Below are positions 28,474 through 41,980 of a stretch of DNA of 64,000 bases, piece after piece. The notes under the pieces were generated by a model. The model was not told where the DNA came from. It did no database searches and saw only the letters and a list, made by a program, of their open reading frames with translations. The DNA comes from Octopus sinensis. Lineage: Eukaryota. Position 1 is the stretch's first letter, and each line of letters begins with the position of its first letter. The stretch covers positions 59,458,001 to 59,522,000 of the forward strand of contig NC_042999.1 in NCBI RefSeq assembly GCF_006345805.1, read 5' to 3'. The translations under genes were made by a program, and so were the position numbers.

Positions 28474-29020
28474 GAGTGAGAGAGCAGTGCACGCCATCAA
28501 AGTGACACTGGGGTAAAATATACGAAGCCCAATATACCCATCATGACTACCCGTCTGATAAGGGTACACCAGGCACATGCATCACAACCATATGTGCGCG
28601 ACACGGTGATCTCATATCAAGATAAACAGCACATGACCTTACAGGTGGGGCCCAGTTAGAATTTTCTTCAGGTTGAGTAGCCCATCCCGCTCAAAAGGTC
28701 CCTGAATAAGGGTTGTTTAAGGATGTTGAAAGAACCACCCATGTTTCCAGAGGTGAATTATTCAAACCCCAAAGAATCCCTCTCAACACATGGCTATGAT
28801 GCTCCCCCACTACTTCTGCTCGTGATCAGAGATGCACATATCGTCAGCCACTAAGGGACATGCTCAACTGTTTAAGGTCAAACAACTCACAAGCAAATCT
28901 GTGGTATTGAGCAGATATTTGCTGTAGCCCATCTTTTATACCAAGACAAAACAATGTACATGATAACACTTCCAATCAGTTAAGATCAGAAGCCTGAGAG
29001 CCACTGCCTGGTACTGCATC
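28474..29020 (-). mobile_element. ~550-bp non-coding repeat family C inserted in (ATT)n
   Basis: Reverse-complement copies at 36939-37424 and 41755-41980; always adjacent to (AAT)n. Confidence 0.85.
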
Positions 29021-29021
29021 A

Positions 29022-29056
<35 letters not shown>

Positions 29057-29143
29057 ATTATTATTATTATTATTATATTATTATTATTATATTATTATTA
29101 TTATTATTATTATTTTATTATCATCATCATCATCATCATCATC

Positions 29144-29182
<39 letters not shown>

Positions 29183-29355
29183 TACTTTTCAGAGTTCTCC
29201 GTCTTACTTTCTTTGATTCTGTGAGAGCAGACAGCAACCTGTTGTCAGAGATCACACAGGGTCTCCTTCTACAAATTATAAGCTTTGGTACCTAGATGCT
29301 TACTTATCGTGGAAGACACTCAACACCCAAGCACCAAACTCAAAATTATTATTAA

Positions 29356-29425
<70 letters not shown>

Positions 29426-30114
29426 ATTGCCGTTATTGTTATTCAACATGAAATTAAGTCTACGTAAATTAGAGATAATGTGTCGCTCCTACGATCCATT
29501 GTTGCCTGTAAAACTACAATACTCGGCCTCTACTAGCTAAAGTAATCTCCTTTGTTATGTATTTCCGAGCTAGACAGACTGCGACAAGTAAGATAAAAAG
29601 AAAATAAAATTGCTTTAGGCTACAAAGATTGTTCTGTTATCAATAGAAACTAACAACATATGAACAAAATGAGCACAACATATCCACGCGTCAATAATGA
29701 TTCGACGAAGATTCATTAGAGAATAATTATCTAAAAGAATTACATTAAGCTGAACTCATTAACGAACCTTACACGTTACTAAAGAAACTGAATCGAACAT
29801 TCTTTCTCTCGGTATTTTGTTATTTAATTTTCTTGATGTTAAATTAGAATGTCTTTACAGAGAAGAAGAACTAAGGCATAACGTAGATCACAACCAAAGA
29901 ATAATAATGACAGCAAAACTTTCCAGTCATTCCTCAAAACAAATAATATTTCAAAAACCAGATATTTAAAGATATCAAAGGAATTTGTTCTGAATTCTAA
30001 AAAGAATATATCTAAATCTATCTAACGAACAAACATACACACGCACATACACATTCTTTTAGAAAATATAGACGGGTAGAGAATATTTATATATATGCAC
30101 GGATATATGTATGT

Positions 30115-30165
<51 letters not shown>

Positions 30166-30179
30166 ATAGATATATATAT

Positions 30180-30231
<52 letters not shown>

Positions 30232-30279
30232 GATAGATATGCATATATATATATATATTATATATATATATATATATAT

Positions 30280-30322
<43 letters not shown>

Positions 30323-31242
30323 TATATATATATATATATCCGTAAATATAAGAGAGCCAACTTTGAATATGTTAACTCTAGTGCTAGATATATATACCCG
30401 TATGCACATATATATACATATATATATATATATATGTATATCTATATATACCTGGATACATACAGACACACATACTCATATGTATCTATATATGATACTT
30501 CGTAAATATTAAAGCAAAAGTAATATTGCTGTATTTATGTGTATATTAATGTGATATGTAATGTCGAAAAAAAATCGATCATCCGTATAGCCATAGAATA
30601 TAAGATTTAAAAATTAAATAAATAAATAATAAATAACAAGTGGAAAAGCCTGATACAAATAAATTTTCCTTTTATCTATTGAAATTCTGCGTCGATAATA
30701 TAAAACTGTCATATGAATTTAGTGCACCAATATTTCGCTGTAGATCAAAAGTAGTACAGAATACTAAAGTAGGAACTGTATCTGTATGCCAAAAGACAAC
30801 AATATGTTGACAGCATAATGCTTTCATTTATTATATTAAATAGATATATTATCAATCTTAAGAGATTTATACCCCCAAGTTCTCGGCCATACAGCGCCGT
30901 ATGAATAAAAGAAATGTGGGTTCTTGAAACATTGGCCATCATAAGTAATATGCAGAGAAACTGCAGCTTCATAGCTAAGACTGTGTCAGATTATACATTG
31001 GGACACTTTATATGCTAGATATAGATACAAATTTTCCCTCATATTAAGCCATATTGTCTTCAGAACATTGTTTAGTGTAATGCTAAATACTCTATGGACT
31101 AGAGAAGGATATGAGTGTACATGGTTAGAACGCATTTGATTATAGTCTGTTCAGTCAAGTGTGTTCTGATCTAGGGTTAAATAATAATAAAAGCACAATT
31201 GGTGTACCCATATGAAGTAGTTTTAAGATGCAATAACCATCT

Positions 31243-31548
31243 TTTTTTTTCCTTTTTTTTCGCCCTTTTCAAGCCTAGCCAGGTTCATGTTCCCAGTTTC
31301 CCGGTTTCAATGGTGTATGTGTCCCCCCCCCCATCTGGACGGGACGCCAGTCCATCGCAGGGTTACTCAAGATACAGGAAGACAGAGTGAGAGAAAGTTG
31401 GGGCGAAAGAGTACAACAGGGTTCGCCACCACCCCCTGCCAGAGCCTCGTGGAGCTTTTAGGTGTTTTTGCTCAATAAACACACACAACACCCGGTCTGG
31501 GAATCGAAACCGCGATCCGCTGCCCTAACCACTGGGCCATTGCGCCTC
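31243..31548 (-). mobile_element. tRNA-derived SINE with A-rich tail and target site duplication
   Basis: Minus strand GGAGGCGCAATGGCCCAGTGGTTAGGG...GGTTTCGATTCCC (A/B boxes); TSD CAATAACCATCT at 31231-31242 and 31549-31560. Confidence 0.85.
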
Positions 31549-32124
31549 CAATAACCATCTACGTATCATATTTCACTTTATAGACAAGCAAAATCATCTG
31601 ATATACAATCGGTTATAGGCGTACTGTTTCTGAAACTCTACGATGTCTATCATAGCGTGACAGAAAAATTCATCCCTGTAGCGGCTAGTGATAATGCCAG
31701 ATGCATTACGGCCTTCTTGGGACTTGTTAATGACGTATACATGCAGCTATGTGCTTAAATGAAATCTGTCGCCTCATATAGTAAACATATCATTCACTGC
31801 ATTCAAAGCATTCACTGATTCTGTGAATAGCTGCCGGGCTACATAAAACATCCGGTATGCGACAACTATGTGTGTATCATACTAAACGTATACACACAGC
31901 TGACAGGCAAATATTGCCCGTCTATAGATTTTTATTTCAAATGAAAATTGCAATACCTTATCTGTCAAAGCTGTTTATATGTTAAATATGATATACGAAT
32001 GGCTATTTTAAAATCACTGCTGATTTTATACGTGATTAATTAAATTCAAATGTAACAAAGGAGATTTGCAAGAAATCAGCCGCTCTTATGTCCTTCTTGT
32101 TTTACCAAAAGTTTAGGCTAGATT

Positions 32125-32270
32125 ACTCTTTACTCTTTTACTCTATTACTTGTTTCAGTCATTTGACTGCGGCCATGCTGGAGCACCGCCATTAGTCGAG
32201 CAAATCGACCCAGGACTTATTCTTTGTAAGCCTAGTACTTATTTTATCGGTAACTTTTACCGAACCACTA
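32125..32270 (-). mobile_element. SINE family A tail
   Basis: TACTCTTTTACTC...TTGTTTCAGTCATTTGACTGCGGCCATGCTGGAGCACCGCC. Confidence 0.85.
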
Positions 32271-33099
32271 AGTTATCAATAATCATCTGAAAACTCAACC
32301 ACATACACACATATTCTCATACAGACATATATAGATGTAGACACGCATGCCCACATATTTCTTTATGTGCATCATCACTAGAAAAGAAGTACACATGGTA
32401 ACATGTACTAAGCGTTTCCTAATAGTATTTAATGCCTTTTTAGTCGCAAGCTGATGTATACACCATCTCAGCTCATTCATCTCTTACTCAACGTAGCATC
32501 CTGGATGTCACCGCCAACTAGAGTGTGTTGGGTAACACCAACGATCTGCTTGTATTAATTTCAGCTGTGTTGTCCAGAACAACGAAAAGTGAAATGCTCT
32601 ACTCAAAGACATTATGCAGCCTGGATTAGGAATTGAACCCAGGACATTATTATCGAGAGACTAACTCAGTAATCACTAGGCTAGAGCTCACAGAACATAA
32701 CAGTAACTCCACACATGCAAGGATAATTCACAACCTTAGAATCAAGATCGTATCTACGTGTTTTTAACTTTAGAAATTGAAAGATGCTAAACTTAACAAT
32801 ATTTCTATAATCAACAACATCTTTGAAACTGCAATCCCATATTCCATCAGATCAAATACAACAAAGTGATGCTATATAATTTGCAGGAAAATATGACATC
32901 ATGATTCATCGCTTTAAGATAACCAAGAAAACAAAATTGTTGACTCTGTCCAAGCATAAAAATAAATTTCTCTTTCACCACCATAGCGACATATCATTTG
33001 CCAACTAAACATGGAAGAGTTGGCGTTATCATGTAAGGAACAGATCAGAGCTAATTTCTGTTGCATATCGCTTAAATAGCCAGAAAATACTGTCAAATA

Positions 33100-33420
33100 G
33101 CTGAAAAGGGGTCAATTACCCATCTATTCCAATGCAGGATTTGTTATATAAAGACCAGCGTTTCTTCAAAAACATATCACGCCATGCCATACAATCATTG
33201 TATCACCAACTTGGTACAGAACTCTCGGAATGGAATCCCTAAAATGCATTGTTCAAATCTGCGATATTAATCCATTAAGAAACATAAGGGAACATCTTAG
33301 AAGGTTGCGAGTAAGGTCGTCGGAAATTACATGAATTTTAGAGAGCGGATTAATACGGAGCAAAGAAAGGATTAACATGTATCAGTCTGCCATTGATAAT
33401 TTACATAAATCTAGAACTAA
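33100..33420 (+). pseudogene. Decayed Tc1/mariner transposase C-terminal remnant
   Basis: LQKHITPCHT and GIPKMH..DINP..NIREHLRR resemble Tc1 FQQDNAPCHT and WPxxSPDLNPIENxW in the right order and spacing. Confidence 0.45.
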
Positions 33421-33524
33421 TCTAGAACTAGAGCTAATATAATCGAGAACCGTTATATTAGCTTATATAATACTGTGACAAATTTGTCATGAAGTTATGA
33501 CAAATTATATAAACGTTAGTTAAA

Positions 33525-33842
33525 TCGCATTGCTCAGTGGCTAGAGCGTCGGGCTCACAATCATGAGGTAGTGAGTTCGGATCTCGGACCAGGCTGTGTT
33601 GTGCTCTTGAGCAACACACTTCCTTTCATGTTGCTCCAGTTCACTCAGCTGTAGAAATTAGTTGCAACGTCATTGGTGCCAAGATGTATCGGCCCCTTTG
33701 CCTTTCCCTTGGATAACTCTGGTGGTGTGGAGAGGGGAGGCTGGTATGGATGGGCAACTGCTGGTCTTCCATAAAGCAACCTTGCACGGACTTATGCCTC
33801 TAGGCGCAATCTCATACTTATATGGTGGTCTTTACCCTTTTG
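33525..33842 (+). mobile_element. tRNA-derived SINE family D (V-domain-like); further copies at 34437-34755 and 36020-36280
   Basis: TTGCTCAGTGGCTAGAGCG...GAGTTCGGAT head, then CTTGAGCAAnnCACTT...GTTGCTCCAGTTCACTCAGCTGTAGAAAT shared by three nearby copies. Confidence 0.8.
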
Positions 33843-33978
33843 AATATATTTATATATACATACATACATACACACACACATATCTATCTATATAGATATA
33901 CATATATATACATATATATGCACACACACACACACATGTATATATATACACACATATATATACATATATATACATATA

Positions 33979-34010
<32 letters not shown>

Positions 34011-34144
34011 CATGACCTGCTCGCTTAGCCATCGGGGTGGCGTCATTTGAAGGCTAAAACAATGTGAAGCGCATTGTGACCAGCGATGTGTAGCAACATC
34101 TGATAGCCTGGTCGGTCACGGTCACGGTCATGGTGATATACACA

Positions 34145-34229
<85 letters not shown>

Positions 34230-34334
34230 TATTAATAGTAATGGTATAACAACAAAAGAAAGAACGAGATCTCGATATTATGTAAATAGAGGAATTTTAA
34301 TGTCATATAATATGTGACAATTATTCGGTTGCCA

Positions 34335-34399
34335 TAATAAAACTCCGAGTTTCGGCTGTCGGAGGGGGGAAATCTGTTCTGTCATCTCTTCAGTTATTA
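34335..34399 (-). ncRNA. Type I hammerhead ribozyme motif with intact core and decayed stem II, in an (AT)n-flanked insert (34240-34412)
   Basis: TAATAA-CTGAAGA-[stem II]-GAAA-CTCGGAG-TT-TTATTA on the minus strand. Confidence 0.6.
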
Positions 34400-34815
34400 A
34401 GATAATCAAAACATATATATATATATATATATATAAACTCACAATCATGAGTAGTGAGTTCAATTCCGGGACAGATCCGTGTGTTGTGTTCAACACTTTA
34501 TTTCAAGACACTTTATTTCAAGTTGCTCCAGTTCACACATCTGTAGAAATGAGTTGCGACGTCACTGGTGTCAAGCTGTATCGGCCTTTAACTCACCCCC
34601 GGATAACATCGGTGACGTAAGAGAGTAGGTGAGACTAGTATGCACGGTCGACTGCTAGTCTTCCATAAACAACCTCGCCCGGAGCTGCGACTCGGAGGGT
34701 AAATTCCTACGTGCAATCCTATGATCATTCATGACCAAATGGTGTCTTTTATCCTAAATTAACGTTGCTTTTCAATACCTCGGCTATCCATATAGTTATA
34801 CATGTTTATGCAGGC

Positions 34816-34927
34816 TATATAAGGGCTTGCGTTTTGGCCATGTAGCGACGCCATCTTGGAAATATCCAGCACGCATGCGCAGAGTTGGATTCTTCCGGAA
34901 GGCCTGCCGGAAGTTTGCTCATGCGCA
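34816..34927. promoter_or_regulatory. Candidate core promoter: TATA-like, YY1, NRF1 and ETS motifs
   Basis: TATATAAG 34816; CGCCATCTTG 34849-34858; CGCATGCGCA 34872-34881; CTTCCGGAAG 34892-34901; CCGGAAGT 34907-34914; CATGCGCA 34920-34927; locally CpG-rich. Confidence 0.5.
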
Positions 34928-35832
34928 GAAAACTAGCATCAGCGAAATTCCCTCGTATCGTTTTCTCGACCGCCGGCAGCTGAACAAGACAGTGGCGTTT
35001 TATCAGCTCTCTCAAGCTGATACGGCGTGGCGTAACTCCGCTATGCTTGAACGGACAGGATTCGGCTCAATCCACTTGACTAATGCGATAAGCTCCAAGG
35101 CAGCCGATTCAACCAGAAAGAAGAATATATATATTGCGAATCAAGAAAGAAATATTTATACCTTTGAAGTTAATCGGAAGTCTTGACTCTTTCCTTCGAT
35201 TAATATTTAATGTAAAGGATGCGAGCACCCATCCAGTGCGGGGACCTCTCATCCTGTTACTGCTGTTTATACACACAAATGTTTTTAGATATGCTGTGTG
35301 TTTTAGATCGTCAGTATAAAGGAAAATGTTGGCAGTTATCAAAGTAACCCTAATATGCAAATAAGGTGGCAATCTACATGTCATTTCTTTTTGTGTAGTT
35401 ATAAGCAGTAAATTCCCGCCAGATCAAGGTTAAATGGGAATTGACAAGAGCTAACGAGAAACTCTTTATTCATGCTTCGTTTTTCTGCCGAGAACTTGAT
35501 GGATATGCCAACTATTAATTCCACAGAAATGCTATAATTTGGCAGAATATAAATGCGCTTCAGAATATTAGATATCTTCAAAAATAGTAATGCAGAGATC
35601 TCTTTCTTTTCTTTGGCCTTATATTTAAATTGTGCCTGTCATTGATGGCGGACATGCTGGGAGACAGCCTAGATGGGTTTACTTGAACAAATCGACCCCA
35701 AATACTTCATGTTTTAAGCCTGATTCTCATTTTATCGCTCTATCTTGCCGAACAGCTATGTTGGACAGGCACGTTAGCAAATCAAAATTAGATGCCAAGC
35801 GGTGATTGTGGACAAAAACAATGACTACACCC

Positions 35833-35899
<67 letters not shown>

Positions 35900-35939
35900 G
35901 ATATATATATATATGTATATAAATATATATATATATATC

Positions 35940-35970
<31 letters not shown>

Positions 35971-35987
35971 ATATATATATATATATC

Positions 35988-36023
<36 letters not shown>

Positions 36024-36887
36024 GTTCTCGAGCAAGGCAATTTATTTCACGTTGCTCCAGTTCACTCAGCTGTAGAAATGAGTTGCGACGTCACTGGTGC
36101 CAAGCTGTATCGACCTTTGTCTTTCCCTTGGATAACACTGGTGGCGTGGAGAGGGGAGGCTGGTATGCATGGGCGACTGCTGGCCTTCCATAAACAACCT
36201 TGCCCGGACTTGTGTCTAGGAGGATAACTTTCTAGGTGCAATCCCATGGTCATTCATGACCGAAGGGGGTCTTTACCCTTATATATATATATATACATAT
36301 ATATATGTATGTATGTGTGTACGTGTGTGTCTGTGTGTATATTTGTGTCAGTGTGGGTATATATATATGTGTCAGTGTATCAGTATGTGCAATCTGGGTA
36401 GAAAATGGTATTGTGTACTTTCCAAAGCTCCTCTGCTAGTATTATCTATCTGATGCTGTGATACACTGGTCGTACACGCGGTAACCCGTAAATGTCTGTA
36501 GAAGAGTATATTCAAAAATATTTATAAGTGGTCGCTTGAACATGGTTTTATTTCATATCCTTACAATTGTTTCAACGCATCGTTATCAGCAGTTCATTGC
36601 TGAATGTGACATATATTATAAACAACATTGCGTTAAGTTATTCTACTCCACAAATAGTTGCATATGAACCGCTTCGGGTGAGTAGAGTAAAACTCTCTGT
36701 CGGATCAAATTTTGTCGTTCCATATTACGTAGTTCAGAAATGCAATCACAGACTCAAAAGCTCTTATTTGGGATTTGGAAGATTTTTTGATATTCAACAT
36801 CTTTAATAATATATTTATTTTTCTTTTCTTACATTAATATGCATATTTGTTGTCTAATATGAGAATAACTGGTACGATTAATATGTC

Positions 36888-36929
<42 letters not shown>

Positions 36930-36938
36930 TAATAAATT

Positions 36939-37424
36939 TACATTGTTTTGTCTTGACATAAAAGATGGGATAGAGCAAACATTCTACTTTATACCACATA
37001 TTTGCCTGTCAGTTGTTTGACCTTAACCATTTGAGCATGTCCTTTAATGGCTGGCAATATGTACATCTCTGATCACGAGCATAAGTAGTGGGCGAACATC
37101 ATAACAATGTGTCGAGAAGAATTCTTTGTGGTTTGAATAATTAATCTCTGGAATCATGAGTGTTTCGTTCAAAATCTTTAAATAACCCTCATTCATGAAT
37201 ATTTTGAGTGGGATGAGCTAATTGACCTCAAGAAAATTTTAACTGGGCTTCTCCTACAAGGTCATGTGCTGTTTACTTTGCTATGGGATCAACATGTCGT
37301 GCACATATGGTTGTGATGCATGTGCCTAGTGTACCCTTATCAGACGGGTAGTCATGCTGGGTTTAGTGGACATGGTATATTTTACCATAGTGTCATTTTG
37401 ATGGTATGCCCTACTCTCTCACTC
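36939..37424 (+). mobile_element. Repeat family C, diverged copy
   Basis: Reverse complement of 28474-28960; between (AAT)n tracts. Confidence 0.8.
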
Positions 37425-37433
37425 AATAATAAC

Positions 37434-37522
<89 letters not shown>

Positions 37523-37523
37523 T

Positions 37524-40500
37524 GAGAACACCGGGGACGTTTAAGAGAGAACACCGGAGACGTTTAAGATGTGAGGGCGATAAAACAGTGCTCCGAAATC
37601 TATCCACAAACATCGAAAGCAAAGACATCGTATGGAGCCAAAAATTTACTGACAAAGGATTGGACTATATCCGAGTAGGTAATACTCATTGAAATTTATT
37701 ACTATTTTCGAAACGAAATGATGTATTTTAACTCGATATCATCTCCGCCTCTAACACAACACATGTAAACATGCGTGAAACATTACGATCCATCAACACC
37801 AGATCATCCCCGACCCCAAACACCATGTACAAAAAACTACGAAGAAATTAAATAACACCGATATTATTCAACCCAAGAATAACAATCGGGAAGTACGTAC
37901 TTTAAACTTACAACACAAAATGTACGAAAAATTACACGTGCAAAACAACGTGACAACAGAAATGAACGGACCGGTACCCTACGAAAATGACGACCGTCAA
38001 AATAATGGGCCGGACGTTGTTCCTCATATCCCGCAAACAAAACCCAAAAGACATAAATGGACACGTGAGGAATACATTTCTATCCTACACGCTCACTTTA
38101 CAGCAGTGCTCTACCCAAAGACTGAAAACACAACAACACATACATATAAAATATGGAAGGAAAATAACATAAATATAGACTTGAATACAGCAATGAACCC
38201 TAATAAACTAGCTAACGTACGAAGATACATTCTCAACGCAAAAAAAATATCACAAATAGAAATAGAACATCTAAAAGAAAAAATACATCAGGAAAATGTA
38301 GATAGAAGTCACACAACAATGCCCAATAATATAAACACTGAAACAGTAAAACACGAAGACAAACGTAACATTCCTAACAAACACGATGTAAACAAAAAAC
38401 AACAAACCCAGACCGTAAGGATGCATAATAATACACGACAAACAGCAAGCCAAAACACAAGAAACAAACATACAAATAAGAAAGAATGTGACGCAAATCT
38501 AAAACCTGGAAACAACGAAGGGGAGCCTAATGATTATGATAATATAAAAAGTAGAATAATCAAAGAACTGAAAACCACAGAGCTCAAAATGGACCACCGA
38601 CCATACCTCCCAAAAATCAAAATAGACGAAACAACAACACCAATTATAAACAGCATAAACCTAGCCGTCACGGAACTAATAGCCACTGAAACAAAAAGCG
38701 ATATCACTGAGCTAAATGAGTTAGCATACGCAACAGCCACTGCAGCCACAAAAGAAGCTGGATACTCATTCAAACCCGTCCAAACAGGAGTACCACCACC
38801 CAAACAAACCCTGTGGATAAATAACATCCAAAACAAAATACAAAAAATGAGAAAAGTTCTGTCGAGTCTCAATGAAATCGGTAGACAATCAACGATACTG
38901 AGCAACAAAAAGAAAACAAAAATACTCCGCAAATACATCACAGAAAAAGATTTACCTGAGATAAAAGAAAAGCTAAAGCAAGATATCCTTGCCAAAGCAC
39001 AAAGGATCCGCCGGTACGAGAAACACCAGCACTTCTTTGAACAAAACAAAAAGTTCAACTCCAACCCCAAAAAGTTCTACCAAGAACTTGGCAAAAATAA
39101 AATAGAAATCACTGCAGTACCAACGGCAGAAGAAGTGAAAGAATTCTGGAGAGAAATATGGTCAGCGAACGAACAACCAAAAAAAAGGAGTATCAAAACA
39201 ACACACTCAGCATCTGAGCAACTTTGGACCCCCATAACAACTGAGGAGGTCACTCAGGCACTGCAAAGACTAAGCAACTGGAAGGCACCTGGGCATGACA
39301 AGATCCCCAACTTCTGGTTGAAATATCTAACAGGAATGCACAAAAAGCTGGCTGAAAATTTTAACAACATACTGGCAGAGCCAGCGACAATGCCTGAATG
39401 GCTCACGAAGGGGAAAACCATCTTAATTCCCAAATCAAATGAGACAGCAAAACCAGAAAACTACAGACCAATAACCTGTCTCCCTACAATGTACAAGGCA
39501 TTTACTGCAGTGATATCGCAAAGGTTGAACAAGCACCTGGACGAAAACAACCTGTTTCCAGAGGAGCAGAAAGGATGCCGCAAAGGCTCATATGGCTGTA
39601 AAGATCAACTAATGATTAATAAAGCCATAACTGAAGACAGCCACAGAAAGAAGAAAGGCCTCAGTATGACCTGGATCGACTACAAAAAGGCGTTTGATAG
39701 AATCCCCCACACATGGATCCTCGAAACACTAGCCATGAACAAAATAGCACCAACAATTATAAAATTCATAGGACACTCTATGAATAAATGGCAAACAGTG
39801 CTACAGCTCCAAACAAAAGAGGGACTCATGAAAACCAAAGCCATCCCCATTAGAAGAGGAATATTCCAGGGAGACACGCTCTCTCCACTCCTTTTCTGCT
39901 TGGCACTATCACCTCTATCTGATATGCTAAATAGTACTGGATGCGGATATAAATGTTACGGCAAAACGATCAGTCACCTTTTATATATGGATGACCTAAA
40001 ACTATACGCTGCAAATGACAAACAGCTGGAAACACTATTAAAGACAGTTCAGGGATTTACCAAAGAAATAGATATGAAATTTGGATTAGAAAAATGCGCC
40101 AAAGTAACCATGAAAAGAGGAAAACTAGTTAAGAGTAGCAACATCACACTAGATACAACCAATGAAATAAAAGAATTAGACCAATGCCAAACTTACAAAT
40201 ACTTAGGAATCCATGAACTAGATAAGACACAACACATACAAATGAAAGAGAAAATAAAAAAAGAATATTATAGACGAGTTAGATCAATACTTAAACAGAG
40301 CTCAATGCTAAAAACAAGATAATAGGTATTAACACTTTAGCTGTCCCATTTATAAGTTACAGCTACAATATCCTTAACTGGACATTAAATGAACTGATCA
40401 AAATAGAGAGGAAAACAAGAAAAATAATGACAGGATCTAGGATGCATCACCCAAAATATGACATAGAAAGACTATATATAGAACGTATAGAAGGTGGTGG

Positions 40501-41704
40501 AGGCCTTATACAGCTGGAAAACTACAATAAAATAACCACCATAGGACTGCAAAAATATCTACTTCAGAAGGAAGGAAAACTGATAGAAATAGCGGCAAAA
40601 CACGAGCAAAACAAAAACTGTTCTCGGTATTTAAGGACGCTGACAAATACAAACAAGAAATCATACCACCTAACAAATATGAAGAAGAAGAAGAAGAAGA
40701 AGAAGAAGAAGAAGAAGAAGAAGAAGAAGAAGAAGAAGAAGAAGAAGAGAAGAAGAAGAAGAAGAAGAAGAAACAACAAAAGCTATAAACAAATGAAATC
40801 CAACCTAAAACTAGAACAGCAAAGAACCATGATAAAACGATGGCAAGAAAAGTCCCTTCATGGTAAATACTGGACTAAACTAAATGCAAAAGAAATAGAC
40901 AAGGAAAAATCCCAGCAATGGTTGAGAAGCTCAGGACTGAAAGCAGAGACAGAGGGATTTTTAATTGCAGCACAAGACCAAAGCCTCCCCACCAGAAATT
41001 ACCAAAAACATGTAATGAAAAGAAATATAACAAGTAACTGCAGACTATGTGGAAATGGACAAGAAACAATAAATCATATTATCTCTGGCTGCCCAGTCCT
41101 GCCTAAGAAGGAATATATTCACAGACATGACAGAATTGGAACCTACATACACTGGAAGCTATGCCAACATTATGGAATAACAACAGAAAAAAGATGGTAT
41201 AGGCACTCACCAGAAAAGGTCATAGAAAACGAGAAAGCAACTATACTCTGGGATATGTCGATACACACAGATAGAGAAATTAAGGCCAACAAACCAGATA
41301 TAGTTGTCAGAGATCATGAAGAAAAAAATGCTTTCTAATTGATGTATCAATACCGGCAGATGACAACGTGTCTATAAAAGAAATGGAGAAACTTTCAAAA
41401 TACAAAGACCTGGAAATAGAGGTAACCAGAATGTGGAATCTAAAAACAGAAACAATTCCTATCATAGTAGGTGCATTAGGCATGATAAAAAAATATTCAG
41501 ACAAATACATAACAAAAACACCAGGACTTACAAACACATATAACATACAGAAAATTGCACTACTAGGCACTGCACACACCCTACGCAGAACAATTTCCAC
41601 ACAATAACCATCAGAGCATCACAACAAATCACAGCACATACCCAAGGCACACAGAGCTGCGCTCGGTCGTGAAGTGAAAGCACACTATAAAAATAAAACT
41701 ACTG
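37524..41704 (+). mobile_element. Near full-length R4/Dong-like non-LTR retrotransposon inserted in (AAT)n
   Basis: Single-ORF layout of RT, CCHC and REL endonuclease; (AAT)n on both sides; 23-bp tandem duplication at the 5' end. Confidence 0.9.
37920..41607 (+). pseudogene. Reverse transcriptase / restriction-like endonuclease ORF, broken by frameshifts (~40295, ~40615, ~40745, ~41325)
   Basis: KAPGHDKI, YRPITCL, DYKKAFD, GIFQGDTLSPLLF, YMDDLK, YKYLGI (RT); CRLC-x7-HIISGC; RHD; KPDIV...LIDVSIP...KLSKY (REL). Confidence 0.92.
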
Positions 41705-41754
41705 AATAATAATAATAATAATAATATTAATAATAATAATAATAATAATAATAA

Positions 41755-41980
41755 ATGCCCTGATGCAGATCCAGGCAGTACCTCCCATGGTTTCAGATCT
41801 TAACTGATTGGAAGTGTTATCGTGTACATTGTTTTGTCTTGGTATAAAAGATGGGCTACAGCAAATATTCTGCTCAATACCACAGATTTGCTTGTCAGTT
41901 GTTTGACCTTAACCAGTTGAGCATGTCCCTTAGTGGCTGACGATATGTGTATCTCTGATTACGAGCAGAAGCAGTGGGGA
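41755..41980 (+). mobile_element. Repeat family C, partial copy fused to a minus-strand SINE A head fragment (41980-42066)
   Basis: Reverse complement of about 28803-29020. Confidence 0.8.

Noticed and set aside
28968-29020. Short resemblance of the family C end to parts of U2 snRNA
   Set aside because: Two short patches only; no branch-site recognition sequence or Sm site.
34827-35186. 119-aa plus-strand ORF over the promoter-like island
   Set aside because: Non-ATG start, no recognisable domain; explained by higher GC content.
35345-35353. TAACCCTAA, a possible telomerase RNA template downstream of the promoter-like island
   Set aside because: A 9-mer is plausible by chance, lies about 400 nt from the motifs, and I found no convincing pseudoknot, CR4/5 or H/ACA domain.
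37568-37581. GATGTGAGGGCGAT, similar to the 5' start of vertebrate 7SK RNA
   Set aside because: Only 14 nt, inside a LINE 5' region; the following 7SK motifs are absent.
38534-39070. 178-aa minus-strand ORF (and 62261-62752 on the plus strand)
   Set aside because: Antisense shadows of LINE ORFs.
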